Positions 32,637 to 41,960 of a DNA stretch of 64,000 nucleotides are shown one piece after another (position 1 is the first letter of the stretch; the number at the start of each line of letters is the position of its first letter). Below the pieces are notes generated by a model. That model saw only the letters and a program-made list of their open reading frames with translations, did no database searches and was not told the DNA's origin. A program made the translations under genes and the position numbers. The DNA comes from an uncultured delta proteobacterium (GTDB taxonomy: Bacteria > Myxococcota_A > Polyangia > Polyangiales > Polyangiaceae): the NCBI GenBank assembly GCA_963716725.1, contig CAVQUB010000011.1, forward strand, positions 384,001 through 448,000. The letters run 5' to 3'.

Positions 32637-33815
32637 ATGCCGCTCTGGCGCGCAATTTGGCCGTTGCTCATCCTCCCGCTCGCCGCGGGTTGCGGCCTGT
32701 TCAAACAGCTCGAGGTCGACTCGCCTGGCAACTGGGTTCAGAAGCCGAGCAACGTCGCCGTCGCCCTTTCCGTCAGCGACGGCGACACCCCCATCACGGA
32801 TCTGACCGAACAGAGCTTCGCGATCTACGAGAACGAGCAGCTCGTCTCCACCGACGACTCCAAGCAGGTGTTGCTCGATCGCGAACTCGCGGCTCACTTC
32901 CGAACGCTGCTTCTGGTGGACATGTCGAGCGCCAAAGACGAGGCCACGCGCACTCGCGTCGCGCGCGGCGTTGCGAGTTTCGTCGAAGCAGTCCGCAAGA
33001 CCCAGGCCGTGAGCGTCTACGCCTTCGACGGCTCCGCGGACCTCGCTGCCATCGGAGAGTTCGCAAGAGGCGAAGAGGGCCCAAAAGAGCTGCCGGCGCT
33101 GGCGGGCTACGCGAGCCGTGACCCCTCCCGCAATCTGAACGGCGCGGTGAAGCGCGGCCTCGATGAGCTGGGCGCGCGCCTGATGACCCAGCAGAAGTCG
33201 GTGCGCATCGGCACGCTGGTCGTCGTGACGGCTGGGCCCGACAAGGCCGGTCGTCAGAGCGCCGAGCAGCTCCAGCAAGCGGTCGATGGTTCGCCGTACC
33301 AAATCCTCGTCGTCGCGGTCGGGAACGAAAACGCCTACGACGTCAGCGCCATTTCCAAGTCCGGCACGCTCTGGGCGCCGTCCCTTGCCGGCTTGGGGCC
33401 GACCCTCGCCGATGCGGCCAGCAAGGTCGGGGACCTGATGGAGCGTCACTACCTGCTCTCGTACTGCTCGCCCGCGCGGGCGGGCGTGCGACGCGTTCGC
33501 ATCGAGGTCACGCGCATCGGCACCGAGGGCGACGAACGCAAGGGCAACATCGAGTTCGAGATCGACTCCACCGGCTTCGGTCCCGGCTGTGATTCGTCGA
33601 CGCCTCCGAAAGCGGGAGCTGCCGCGGGCGCAAAAGACGACCCGTCGGGGGGCGACGGCAAGAAGCCCGACGACAAGCCCAACGAAGCGACGGCCGGCGA
33701 CAAGAAGAGCGGCGACAAGAAGAGCGGCGACAAGAAGGGCGACGGCAAGCAGGGCGGCGACGAGTTCGTCCCGCCGCCGAACAAACCCGGCTACGCGCCG
33801 ACCCCGACCAAGTGA
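32637..33815 (+). CDS. VWA-like domain lipoprotein
   Basis: Lipobox AAGC; LLLVDMSS, LVVVTAGPD, YLLSYCSPARAG; Lys/Asp-rich tail. Confidence 0.75.
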   Translation: MPLWRAIWPLLILPLAAGCGLFKQLEVDSPGNWVQKPSNVAVALSVSDGDTPITDLTEQSFAIYENEQLVSTDDSKQVLLDRELAAHFRTLLLVDMSSAKDEATRTRVARGVASFVEAVRKTQAVSVYAFDGSADLAAIGEFARGEEGPKELPALAGYASRDPSRNLNGAVKRGLDELGARLMTQQKSVRIGTLVVVTAGPDKAGRQSAEQLQQAVDGSPYQILVVAVGNENAYDVSAISKSGTLWAPSLAGLGPTLADAASKVGDLMERHYLLSYCSPARAGVRRVRIEVTRIGTEGDERKGNIEFEIDSTGFGPGCDSSTPPKAGAAAGAKDDPSGGDGKKPDDKPNEATAGDKKSGDKKSGDKKGDGKQGGDEFVPPPNKPGYAPTPTK

Positions 33816-34180
33816 CCGGTCCCGGGCCGCGCGTGCGCGTCGAGCTGTTCGAGAGCGAGACGATCGTCGGGCGCGGACGCAAACAGGTCACCTACCTGTT
33901 GCGCGTGAACGACGCCTGGATCTTGGCGAGTGAGCACCCGGGCGCCGTTTCCGAGCGGCTCTCGTCGGGCCCGGGAACGGTCTGGGAGCGTCGCCTCGAG
34001 CTCGATCTACCAGTCGGAGCGCGGCTCTGCCGGGTGGTGAGTACTCCGCTGTCGGAACCCAGCCGTGACGCCCTGGAGTACCTCACCGATGCTCGCCGCG
34101 GACCACGCCGAACCACCCGACGGCGCGAGCTCGTGGTGGATCGACGCGGGGCGCTGGTGGACGCTCCTCCGAGCCGGTGA
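33812..34180 (+). CDS. Hypothetical protein
   Basis: GTG overlaps the upstream stop; host-like codon usage. Confidence 0.6.
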   Translation: MTGPGPRVRVELFESETIVGRGRKQVTYLLRVNDAWILASEHPGAVSERLSSGPGTVWERRLELDLPVGARLCRVVSTPLSEPSRDALEYLTDARRGPRRTTRRRELVVDRRGALVDAPPSR

Positions 34181-34250
34181 CCCGCGATACGCGCGGACTC
34201 CCCGTTGACCTGGTCGCCATCCCTTGCTCTGCTGCTTCGCGGAGGCTCTG

Positions 34251-35795
34251 GTGCGACGTGCGATCCCTATTCTCGCGACCCTGGTGACGCTCACGGCCGC
34301 GAGCGCTTCGCGCGCGTCGACGGCGCTCGAGTACCCCGACAACGGGGTGGCGCAGTTCTCCCGGGGCGGCGCCTGGCTGGCCACCGCCACCGATCCAATC
34401 GCGGGCTACTACAACCCCGCGGCTCTGGCGACGCAGGCCACGAGCTTCAGCATCGGGCTGAACCTCGCCTTCCAGAACGTCTGCTTCGAACGCAAGGGCC
34501 CGGACGGCACGGACATCGGTCCCAGCAAAGGCCTGACCGATCAGGGCATCACCTACGGGGAGGTCTGCAACTCGAACGCGGGGCATCCGAACCTCATCCC
34601 CAACGTCGCCTTCGTGTGGCGCGCCACCGAGCGCCTCGGGATCGGGCTCACCATCGTTCCGCCGTCGTCCTTTGGTCAGCTCGAGTGGCCCGACCTGGTG
34701 GCCATGCCCGAGAACCACTCGTCGGGCCGAACCGCGCCCACGCCCGCGCCGCAGCGCTACCTCTCGCTCTACACCAAGGGCACGATCCTGTTCCCAACCC
34801 TCTCGGTCGGCTACTCGGTCACCGATCGCTTCCACATCGGAGCCGGGTTCGTGGCCGGCATCGCCCTGCTCGAGTTCCGCTCGATGTCGATGGCAAACGT
34901 CGACTCGACAAACCCCTACGACCAATACACCCAGGACAGTCGCAGCCGCGTCCAAGCCCAGGACCTATTCGTGCCGGGTGTGGTCGCCAGCGCGTTGTTC
35001 GAGGCGACCGACCACCTCGACCTCGCCGCCTGGTATCGCTACAGCGACAAGATCCGCGCGAAGGGCGACCTCGAGGTGACGGCGCAGTATTACGACTCCG
35101 CCGGGCGTCGCAACCCAAAGGCCGAGGTCACCAAGAGCAAGGATCAGAAGGGTGCTGACGCCGCCAAGGTCGTGCTCACCCTGCCCATGGAAGCGCGCAT
35201 CGGCGCTCGCTGGCACATGCCGCTCGCAGCGCCCACCGGCCTCGATGCGGAGCGCTTCCGGAAGGACCGCCACCGCGTACGCGATCCCCTTCGGGACGAT
35301 CTCTACGATCTCGAACTCGATCTGACCTGGGCCAACAACGGCAGCGCCGAGGCCACCGAGATCCGCTTCCCGGAGGGCATCTTCGTGGCGAACCTCGGCA
35401 CCGTTCCGACCAATGCCGATCGCCCGACAGGCTGGCGTGACTCCTTCGGCGCGCGCCTGGGCATGCAGTACAACGCGATCCGAAACCGGATGGGCCTGCG
35501 TACCGGAACCTGGGTCGAGAGCAACGCCACGAAGGAGGAATACCTCTCGGTGACGGGGGTACCGGCGCTCCGCGGCGGGGTCGCGGTCGGCATGGTCCTG
35601 CGCATCCAGGGTGTGGATCTCGAGACCGGCTACCAGCACATCTGGAACGCGGGGCTCGACAACGAGGGCAACGGGAAGCAACGCGCCATCGCCGCGAGCG
35701 GCTCGCCGGACAGCCGCTCGCACCACGCCGTCAACGGCGGGAGCGTGACGCAGCACGCGAACGTATTCTCGCTCGGCGCCGTCGCGCGCTTCTAG
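34251..35795 (+). CDS. FadL/OmpP1-like outer-membrane transporter
   Basis: Signal peptide, SRGGAWLATATDPIAGYYNPAAL N-terminal motif, beta-strand pattern, terminal Phe. Confidence 0.8.
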   Translation: MRRAIPILATLVTLTAASASRASTALEYPDNGVAQFSRGGAWLATATDPIAGYYNPAALATQATSFSIGLNLAFQNVCFERKGPDGTDIGPSKGLTDQGITYGEVCNSNAGHPNLIPNVAFVWRATERLGIGLTIVPPSSFGQLEWPDLVAMPENHSSGRTAPTPAPQRYLSLYTKGTILFPTLSVGYSVTDRFHIGAGFVAGIALLEFRSMSMANVDSTNPYDQYTQDSRSRVQAQDLFVPGVVASALFEATDHLDLAAWYRYSDKIRAKGDLEVTAQYYDSAGRRNPKAEVTKSKDQKGADAAKVVLTLPMEARIGARWHMPLAAPTGLDAERFRKDRHRVRDPLRDDLYDLELDLTWANNGSAEATEIRFPEGIFVANLGTVPTNADRPTGWRDSFGARLGMQYNAIRNRMGLRTGTWVESNATKEEYLSVTGVPALRGGVAVGMVLRIQGVDLETGYQHIWNAGLDNEGNGKQRAIAASGSPDSRSHHAVNGGSVTQHANVFSLGAVARF

Positions 35796-35916
35796 TCCGC
35801 GGCCGGTCACCGACCTCGCGGGCAAAGACGCGGGGGACGCGGGGAACCCAGGGAAGATCCTCCTGGTTCGGGCACGCTCTCCTGCCTCAGATCCGCAGGA
35901 AAAGGGCGCGAAGCAC

Positions 35917-35957
35917 AAAATAAAACAAGGGCGATCTGGTCACCCAGATCGCCCTTG
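35917..35957 (-). terminator. Intrinsic terminator, minus strand
   Basis: Perfect 14-bp stem CAAGGGCGATCTGG (35926-35939)/CCAGATCGCCCTTG (35944-35957), GUGA loop, then UUUUAUUUU on the minus strand. Confidence 0.9.
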
Positions 35958-37855
35958 GGAAGTCACCGTTTACCGGTGGTGGGCGGGACACGCCCCGAGC
36001 ATGTTTCAGCTTTTGCTATCACCGGTCTCCACTCCGCCGTTTGCATACGATCGGGGTGGCATCATCGCCTCAATGGGGGCTCCGCAAGACTCAGGCCCGT
36101 CGATTTCGCGGTCGCTTGGCCTGGTGCGGTGACAGGGTTGTTAGCCGCTGTCAGCTTCGGCGAAGAGTATTGTCGGCGCATCGCTCAGTCGGCCGGCTTT
36201 CGCCCACCGGAGCCTCGACGTGAACCGCGTTGTCGCGGTCACGGATGCTGACCCCCCGCGTCTCATCAACTGGAGGAGCCTTCACCAACGCATACCCTGC
36301 CTCTGATGTTCTCTGTCACCGCATGGGCACGGTCAGCAAGACCTCAGGCTCTCACTACCCGCTGGCTCGACCCGGCCGCCACTCGCTCGCGCGAGTACTC
36401 TTCCGAACCTGCATTGACCCTCACGGTCAGAACCGCGCTCGCGCCGAACGGTTTAAGAACAGCGCTGCACACGATCCAGAACACCTATCGTCGTATCTGC
36501 GACGCACGAGGTTTTACCCTCATGCTCAAAACCACCCGCTCAGTTGTTCACTTGAGCTGGTGACTCCGCGTACCCGTTCGCCCATCCGCTTTTCCGCGAC
36601 GCTCCGTCAAGAGCACCTCGGTTCCGGTCGAGCTATGCCGATTGTGACTCGTGCCTTTCGGCAGCCGAGTCCATCAGGCCAGAGATACGTCCGATCGACG
36701 ACTGCAATCCCACATTTCAAAAACGAGCACTCGTTGCTTCGCGTGGTTACCGAGTCGCTTTCCAGGGTTGCCCCTGGTGCGCTGCGATGAGTGAGGCGGT
36801 TCACGCCGCGTTCACTCGCTTCGGGCGGCGCTACCACCAGCGCAGCGAGTATTCTCCCCTCGCCGCTCCGTTGGAGCTCCGACTCCTCTGACGCTCCCGT
36901 CACCACCCAGACGTCACCGGCTCATTAGGCCAGCTTCACCCAGGCGACCGAGATCACTTCCACTGCCGCGATGCGTGAATTGCGACAGCTTTCGTGACCC
37001 GGAGCACCTTCCTCTGGCTAGGAGCCCTTCTCGGGCTCTTTGTTGGTCCCCGCGCTCGGCAGTGCCGAACGTCGACTCCAACTCACACCGTCCCTTCGCC
37101 CGCGGTGGAGATCATCCACCCTGAGCTAGGCCCCGTCCGCTCACCTCAGCCACAACCGAGGCTCGCCTCTCGAGCCAGACGCCGCTCACCAGATTCTGCA
37201 ACATTTCAACGCGAAACCCGAGCACACCAACGAACGACGTTTCCTCACCCGACGAGCCGCTTTCGCACCCTTCGTTGCCCGACACCGACCGAAGTCGACC
37301 CGAGCTGTGAGCAGCGCAGCACCGGAGAGCCTTTCTCTCGAACGACCCTCTGGCTGGCACCCCGAAGGCGCCTGCCGCACCGGCCGAGACACGGGGAGTT
37401 GGCTATGCGTGCTGCGACGCAGAGGCCCACTCAGCCACGTCTCGAACACCCCGCTGTCGTTGACTCACCGCTGGTCGAGCCTGAAGAGGACTGGAGCAGT
37501 CAGCTGGCCAACCGAGGCCTCCAATCTCACCGCCCGCGCGAACGGGTGGGGTGGTCCTGAAAGCCGGGGTGCCTTCGAATCTCGAGAAAGCCAAGACAGA
37601 GGCGCTACTCCGTCTGGCCGGGATGCCCCAATTTCCGAAGAATAGCTGGCCACGCGAGGTGGGCAGCTTGGGGTCACCCTCACGCCTTTTTCACCAGTCG
37701 TCTCGGTAGGCCTTTGACGGGTCCACTCGAGGCGACGGGCGGCGGCGTCCATCCACAGGCAGGCTTGCGACCCGCACGGCAGACAGTGCGCCACGGCGCT
37801 TCTGAAATTCTCTACGAACCGGTCGTTCGCCGGCAGATGTGCCGCGAACTTCCAA
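35917..37855 (-). ncRNA. Candidate large (about 1.9 kb) structured non-coding RNA, unassigned class; 5' end approximate
   Basis: No ORF with host codon bias; many hairpins with GNRA or C(UUCG)G loops on the minus strand; long-range complementary segments; ends at an oriented terminator. Confidence 0.7.
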
Positions 37856-37918
37856 GGACCATTAATGCTTCAGGTCGACTCTCTAAGCAACAAGAAAATC
37901 AGCGGAGATGCGATTTTA

Positions 37919-37950
37919 TTATCCACACAGTCAGTCACAGGTAATCCACA
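37919..37950 (+). promoter_or_regulatory. DnaA-box-like sites in an AT-rich intergenic segment
   Basis: TTATCCACA 37919-37927 (perfect), TCAGTCACA 37931-37939 (weak), TAATCCACA 37942-37950 (8/9). Confidence 0.5.
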
Positions 37951-38294
37951 GGCCCCCTTGCGGGGCCGAGCAGCATCTGATCGACGGCAGCTAACCGTTC
38001 GTATTCACGAAGTTATCCGGAGAGCAACGAGCTGGAAGCCCGCCCGGCGCGCACAAGAACATGCGTTGACTACTTCATTTGAATACCGATGCTATTCTCG
38101 TTTGAAATCCCGGGTCTCTTCTTCGACTGAAAGAGGGGGTAGGTGAATCCACTACCCAAGCGCCGCCCTCGGCCCGACGCCCCTTCGCGGGGCGCGGTCG
38201 CTCAGTCCGAGATCCCGGCGCACCCCAACCCACTTTGGTGACCGAGAGGCCGCGATTCGGTGGTACACCGCTGTTTCCGCGAGGAGGCTCCCTG

Positions 38295-38516
38295 GTGCCG
38301 CTGAACGTCGACACGCTGAAATCCGAGCGCGATAAGCTCAAAGAAGGTCTCCGCGAAATCGAAGCCGATCAGCGCAAGCTCGAGGCGGAGATCAAGGCGC
38401 TGCGCCAGCGCGAGCTCCAAGCCAAACGTGAGATCGAGGCGCTCAACGTGCTGCTCGAAATCCACGACGCCCGCGAGCCGAGCAAGAAGGCCCCGCCCAA
38501 GAAGCCGGAGGAGTGA
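38295..38516 (+). CDS. Small coiled-coil protein (73 aa)
   Basis: GAGGAGG at 38281-38287, GTG at 38295; heptad pattern LKSERDKLKEGLREIEADQRKLEAEIKALRQRE. Confidence 0.8.
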   Translation: MPLNVDTLKSERDKLKEGLREIEADQRKLEAEIKALRQRELQAKREIEALNVLLEIHDAREPSKKAPPKKPEE

Positions 38517-40200
38517 CGCCCGAGCTCACTCGGGCGCTGGCAGCGCGCGGCAAGTGGCCCTCGGTGATCCGAATCGAACCGAGGCGCGAGGCGGAACCGC
38601 CGGGAGCGAAGCTGTCGACGAGCGGAGCGAGCCCTTCGACGCCCAGCGCAGCCGGCGGCTGGAGCGCCGTCCCCGCCGCCGCCAGCGACTCGACGTGGAG
38701 CGTCTGCGTCGGAAACGCGAAGCGAACCCCGAGGCTCTCGGCCAAGCGCAGGACTTCGAGCAAGATGTCGTGTCGGGTGACCAGCTCGTCGGACCATTCC
38801 GCAGCCTCGACGTAGCAGTGAAGTGTGACGTCGAGGGACGAGTTGGCGAGCCGACTCAGGTGCACCTCGAACTTGTCTTTGCGGGTCCGCTCCGACGCCC
38901 AGACGATAGCGCGGATCCCCTCGACAAAGGCCTCGATGCGCTCGACCGGGGTGTCGTAGGTCACGGAAAAAGTCTCCAGTATTCGGCGGTGTCGCCGCGC
39001 GCCCATGTTCTCGATCTTCGCCTCCGCCAGCCGGGCGTTGGGCAAGGTGACCAACGAGTCACCCAGAGTCCGGATGCGCGACGAGCGGAAGCCCACCTCT
39101 TCCACACGCCCCTCGACGTCCTCGACCTTCACGAGGTCGCCAATGCGAAAGGGTCGGTCGATGAAGATCATGACGCTCGCGAAGAAGTTCGCGATGGTGT
39201 CCTTGGCGGCCAACGCCATGGCGAGACCACCAATCCCAAGCCCCGCCAACAGCGAGCCAACGTCCACGTTCAGGTTCTGGAGCAGGACCAGCACCCCGAC
39301 GATAACCAAGACGATCTTCATTGAAGTGCGCACCAGCGGCACCATCTGGTCGTCGAGCCCCGATCCGGTCTGCTCGGCGCGCGTCGCCAGGTGTGCAGCC
39401 AACACGTCCACGAGTCGGTAGAGCGCGAGCACCAAGGCGACGATCACGCTGGCACGCAGCGCCGTCGAGAGCCCGAGTGCCACACCGAGCGGCAGCCCGA
39501 GCTGGGGATACGCGAGCCGCAACGTCAGCACTGCGAAGAGCATCGCACCGGGAGTCGCGAAAACCTTCACCAACTCTGCCGTCAGCCGCGCCCCTCGCCG
39601 CTCGGCGAAACCCGCCAGCCGGTGCTTCAGCACGAAGCGAATCAGCTGCCTGAGCACCAGCGCGACCAGCACGATCAGGGCCAAAGCCAGCCCCTGCCAG
39701 AGCTCCATGCCGAGCATTCGACCCCGGAGCCAGGGCGGCAAACGGCTCACGATGCCGTGCTTGCCCATCAGCAGTGAGTCTTCGTAGATCTCGTCTATGG
39801 CATCGAGGCTTGCCCGCGACCACCGCCACATGCCGTCGGCTTGCCTTTCAACCAAGATGTTGGGGAACGCCCCATGGGGCGCGATGGACGCTCGCCGCGT
39901 GTCGGGGTTCACCCAGCCCGGCTCGTCGCTAAAACGCGCGGTGTCGATCTTCAACGCGCGCGCTGCGTAGACGGTCTTGACGCGCTGCGCGCTCTCGCGG
40001 AGCTCGCTGGTCGAGCGTCCGGCGCGATCGAGACAGCGTGTGGCCTTGGCGGGGTTGTGGTGTTCCTCCGACAGCCAGCCGAACAACGAATCCACCGCGT
40101 CACGCGGAGACTTGCAGCTGGCTGGGGGCTCGGCAGACACGCTGAGCGGCGCAAGGACGGCTAGCAAAAACAGGACGAGACAATGGTGGATATGACGCAC
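38443..40200 (-). CDS. MscS family mechanosensitive ion channel
   Basis: LLAGLGIGGLAMALAAKDTIANFF, DRPFRIGD, GRVEEVGFRSSRIRT, FAFPTQTL. Confidence 0.93.
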   Translation of the reverse strand: MRHIHHCLVLFLLAVLAPLSVSAEPPASCKSPRDAVDSLFGWLSEEHHNPAKATRCLDRAGRSTSELRESAQRVKTVYAARALKIDTARFSDEPGWVNPDTRRASIAPHGAFPNILVERQADGMWRWSRASLDAIDEIYEDSLLMGKHGIVSRLPPWLRGRMLGMELWQGLALALIVLVALVLRQLIRFVLKHRLAGFAERRGARLTAELVKVFATPGAMLFAVLTLRLAYPQLGLPLGVALGLSTALRASVIVALVLALYRLVDVLAAHLATRAEQTGSGLDDQMVPLVRTSMKIVLVIVGVLVLLQNLNVDVGSLLAGLGIGGLAMALAAKDTIANFFASVMIFIDRPFRIGDLVKVEDVEGRVEEVGFRSSRIRTLGDSLVTLPNARLAEAKIENMGARRHRRILETFSVTYDTPVERIEAFVEGIRAIVWASERTRKDKFEVHLSRLANSSLDVTLHCYVEAAEWSDELVTRHDILLEVLRLAESLGVRFAFPTQTLHVESLAAAGTALQPPAALGVEGLAPLVDSFAPGGSASRLGSIRITEGHLPRAASARVSSGVTPPASWAGPSCSARGRRGFRAAR

Positions 40201-40254
40201 GAGACCTCCGGCGGCTGGCAGCTTTCCAGACCGCGGCGCGCGCGTCCAAGCGGC

Positions 40255-40662
40255 TCAGAGCTTGGTCTTGCCCAGGGCCAGAATGGCGGCAAGCTCAGGG
40301 TCCGAGACGGGCACGACCGAGAGCCGCCCGCGGCGAACCAGGCCGAATTCGGCGAAGCGCGCGTCGGCCTTGATGGCAGCGAGGGTCACCGGCTCGACGA
40401 TGGGCCCGAGCGGGGCCAGGTCGATGGCAACCCAGGTGGTATCCCCCGGATCCGGGTACGCGGCCCGCGTGACCTTTGCCAACCCCACGACGCGACGCTC
40501 GTCGCCCGTATGGTAGACGAGGACGAGATCGCCTTTCTGGGTCGAACGCAGGTGGTTCTTCGCCGCGTGATTGCGGATGCCGTCCCAGACGGTCTTCTTG
40601 TCGCGCAGGAGATCGGCGAAGCAATATGTGCCCGGCTCGGTCTTGAGCAGCCAGGTTGCCAT
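40255..40662 (-). CDS. EVE domain-containing protein
   Basis: WLLKTEP...WDGIRNHAAKNHL...GDLVLVYH...RLSVVPV. Confidence 0.92.
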   Translation of the reverse strand: MATWLLKTEPGTYCFADLLRDKKTVWDGIRNHAAKNHLRSTQKGDLVLVYHTGDERRVVGLAKVTRAAYPDPGDTTWVAIDLAPLGPIVEPVTLAAIKADARFAEFGLVRRGRLSVVPVSDPELAAILALGKTKL

Positions 40663-41927
40663 CAGCCGCCGTCCTTGGCTCCCGCGTCACCACCATCGGT
40701 GCCCCCATCGAGATTGCTGGGACACCCAGGCAGAATGACGGGAGGAGCTTCGACGCCGAAGCTCGCCTGGCGAGCGTCAAACCCGATGCCGACCGAGAGC
40801 GCGTCGCAGGCGGCGGACTCGGAGTTGGTGCCGTTGTAGAGCACGTCCGCGTTCAGCGCGAGCTGCCCTTTCATCAAGTTGTAGAGCGGGTGCCCGCTGC
40901 AGAGGCCTAGATCCTCGAAGGCTTGACCCAAATCGGTGAGGCGTGCGCGACCGGCGATGGTGCCGTCCTCCATGCGGTAGCTGCCCTCGAATTCGACGAT
41001 CTTGGCCACCACGATGGCTCGCTGAAGTTTGAGCGGGTAGGCCCAGGCGGCGCTCTTGCCAGGAAACCAGAAGTTGGTGTTCTCCGGCAGCTGCCCGACG
41101 ATGTATCCGTCGCGCACGTAGGCGCTGGGGTCGTTGAGCAGCGCGCTCGGCAGTTGTGCCGGCGTCACGCTGCCGTCGAAGGTTCCCTTCTGAATCGTCC
41201 ACTTGTCCGCGGGTTTCCAGCAGGGGTTCGCCTTCCATGCGCCGTTCGACTTGAGCTCGCAGGCCCAAGATGGCTTCTTCTCGAGGCCCGGCGACGGGTA
41301 GAAGTCCAGGCGCACGTTCTCGTCGTTCGGGGTGCCGTTCCACTTGGAGAGACGGAAGACGAAGTTGTAGTCACCGCGGCACAGCGCACAGTTGAACGCG
41401 TCGTTGCTCAATCCAAAATCGGTACCCAAACCCTGCAGCGCGATGGCGTCCGATTCGAGGCGACCAAAGGTGTTGTCTCGACACTCACGACCATCGCCGG
41501 GCGCGGCCCCAACCGGGGTGCAGGGCATGGCTTTGGGCTCGACACTGCAGGTCTCGGAGTTCGTGCAGATCCCGTCCAGGTCGAAGCCGAGCGTCTTCCA
41601 CGCGCCATCGGTCGCGTCACCATTGCGATCGAGCGAGCCGAGCGCCATCGAGTTGATGGCGAAGTGCAGATCGGGCACCGAGTCGGCGGGCGTGTTCTTC
41701 GGTCGGTGCCCAGGGGTGGGCACCCCGGCGGTCACGCAACCGTCCCCGCCCTTCTTGCTCCACCAGCCGACGCCGCTGCCCCACTGCTCGGGTGGAACCG
41801 AGCTCGCCGCGCTGCCTTCGAGCAGCGACTCGTCGTAGACCTTGCAGGAATGGAGCGCGACCAGGGCCGCCAGGCCGGCTCCCAATGCCTTGGCCGCTGT
41901 GCGGGATGTGTTCGCGCTGCTGCTCAC
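40662..41927 (-). CDS. Hypothetical Cys-containing lipoprotein
   Basis: Lipobox LHSC; GFDLDGICT, DNTFG, CDALSVGIGF. Confidence 0.75.
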   Translation of the reverse strand: MSSSANTSRTAAKALGAGLAALVALHSCKVYDESLLEGSAASSVPPEQWGSGVGWWSKKGGDGCVTAGVPTPGHRPKNTPADSVPDLHFAINSMALGSLDRNGDATDGAWKTLGFDLDGICTNSETCSVEPKAMPCTPVGAAPGDGRECRDNTFGRLESDAIALQGLGTDFGLSNDAFNCALCRGDYNFVFRLSKWNGTPNDENVRLDFYPSPGLEKKPSWACELKSNGAWKANPCWKPADKWTIQKGTFDGSVTPAQLPSALLNDPSAYVRDGYIVGQLPENTNFWFPGKSAAWAYPLKLQRAIVVAKIVEFEGSYRMEDGTIAGRARLTDLGQAFEDLGLCSGHPLYNLMKGQLALNADVLYNGTNSESAACDALSVGIGFDARQASFGVEAPPVILPGCPSNLDGGTDGGDAGAKDGG

Positions 41928-41960
41928 GGTCCTGGTGGAGGATAGCCTCGCGGACGCCCT

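Noticed and set aside
35917..37855. rRNA, RNase P, tmRNA or group II intron identity
   Set aside because: No universal 16S/23S motifs, only partial GAGGAA matches without the RNase P P4 context, no tRNA-like ends, no recognisable domain V, and no interrupted host gene; an Rfam scan is still needed
37900..38100. Chromosomal origin oriC
   Set aside because: Only one perfect DnaA box and no dnaA, dnaN, gidA or rpmH nearby
35955..38146. Short ORFs such as 36230..36790 and 36994..37560
   Set aside because: No host GC3 bias, no motifs, Arg/Ser/Pro-rich translations; better explained as non-coding
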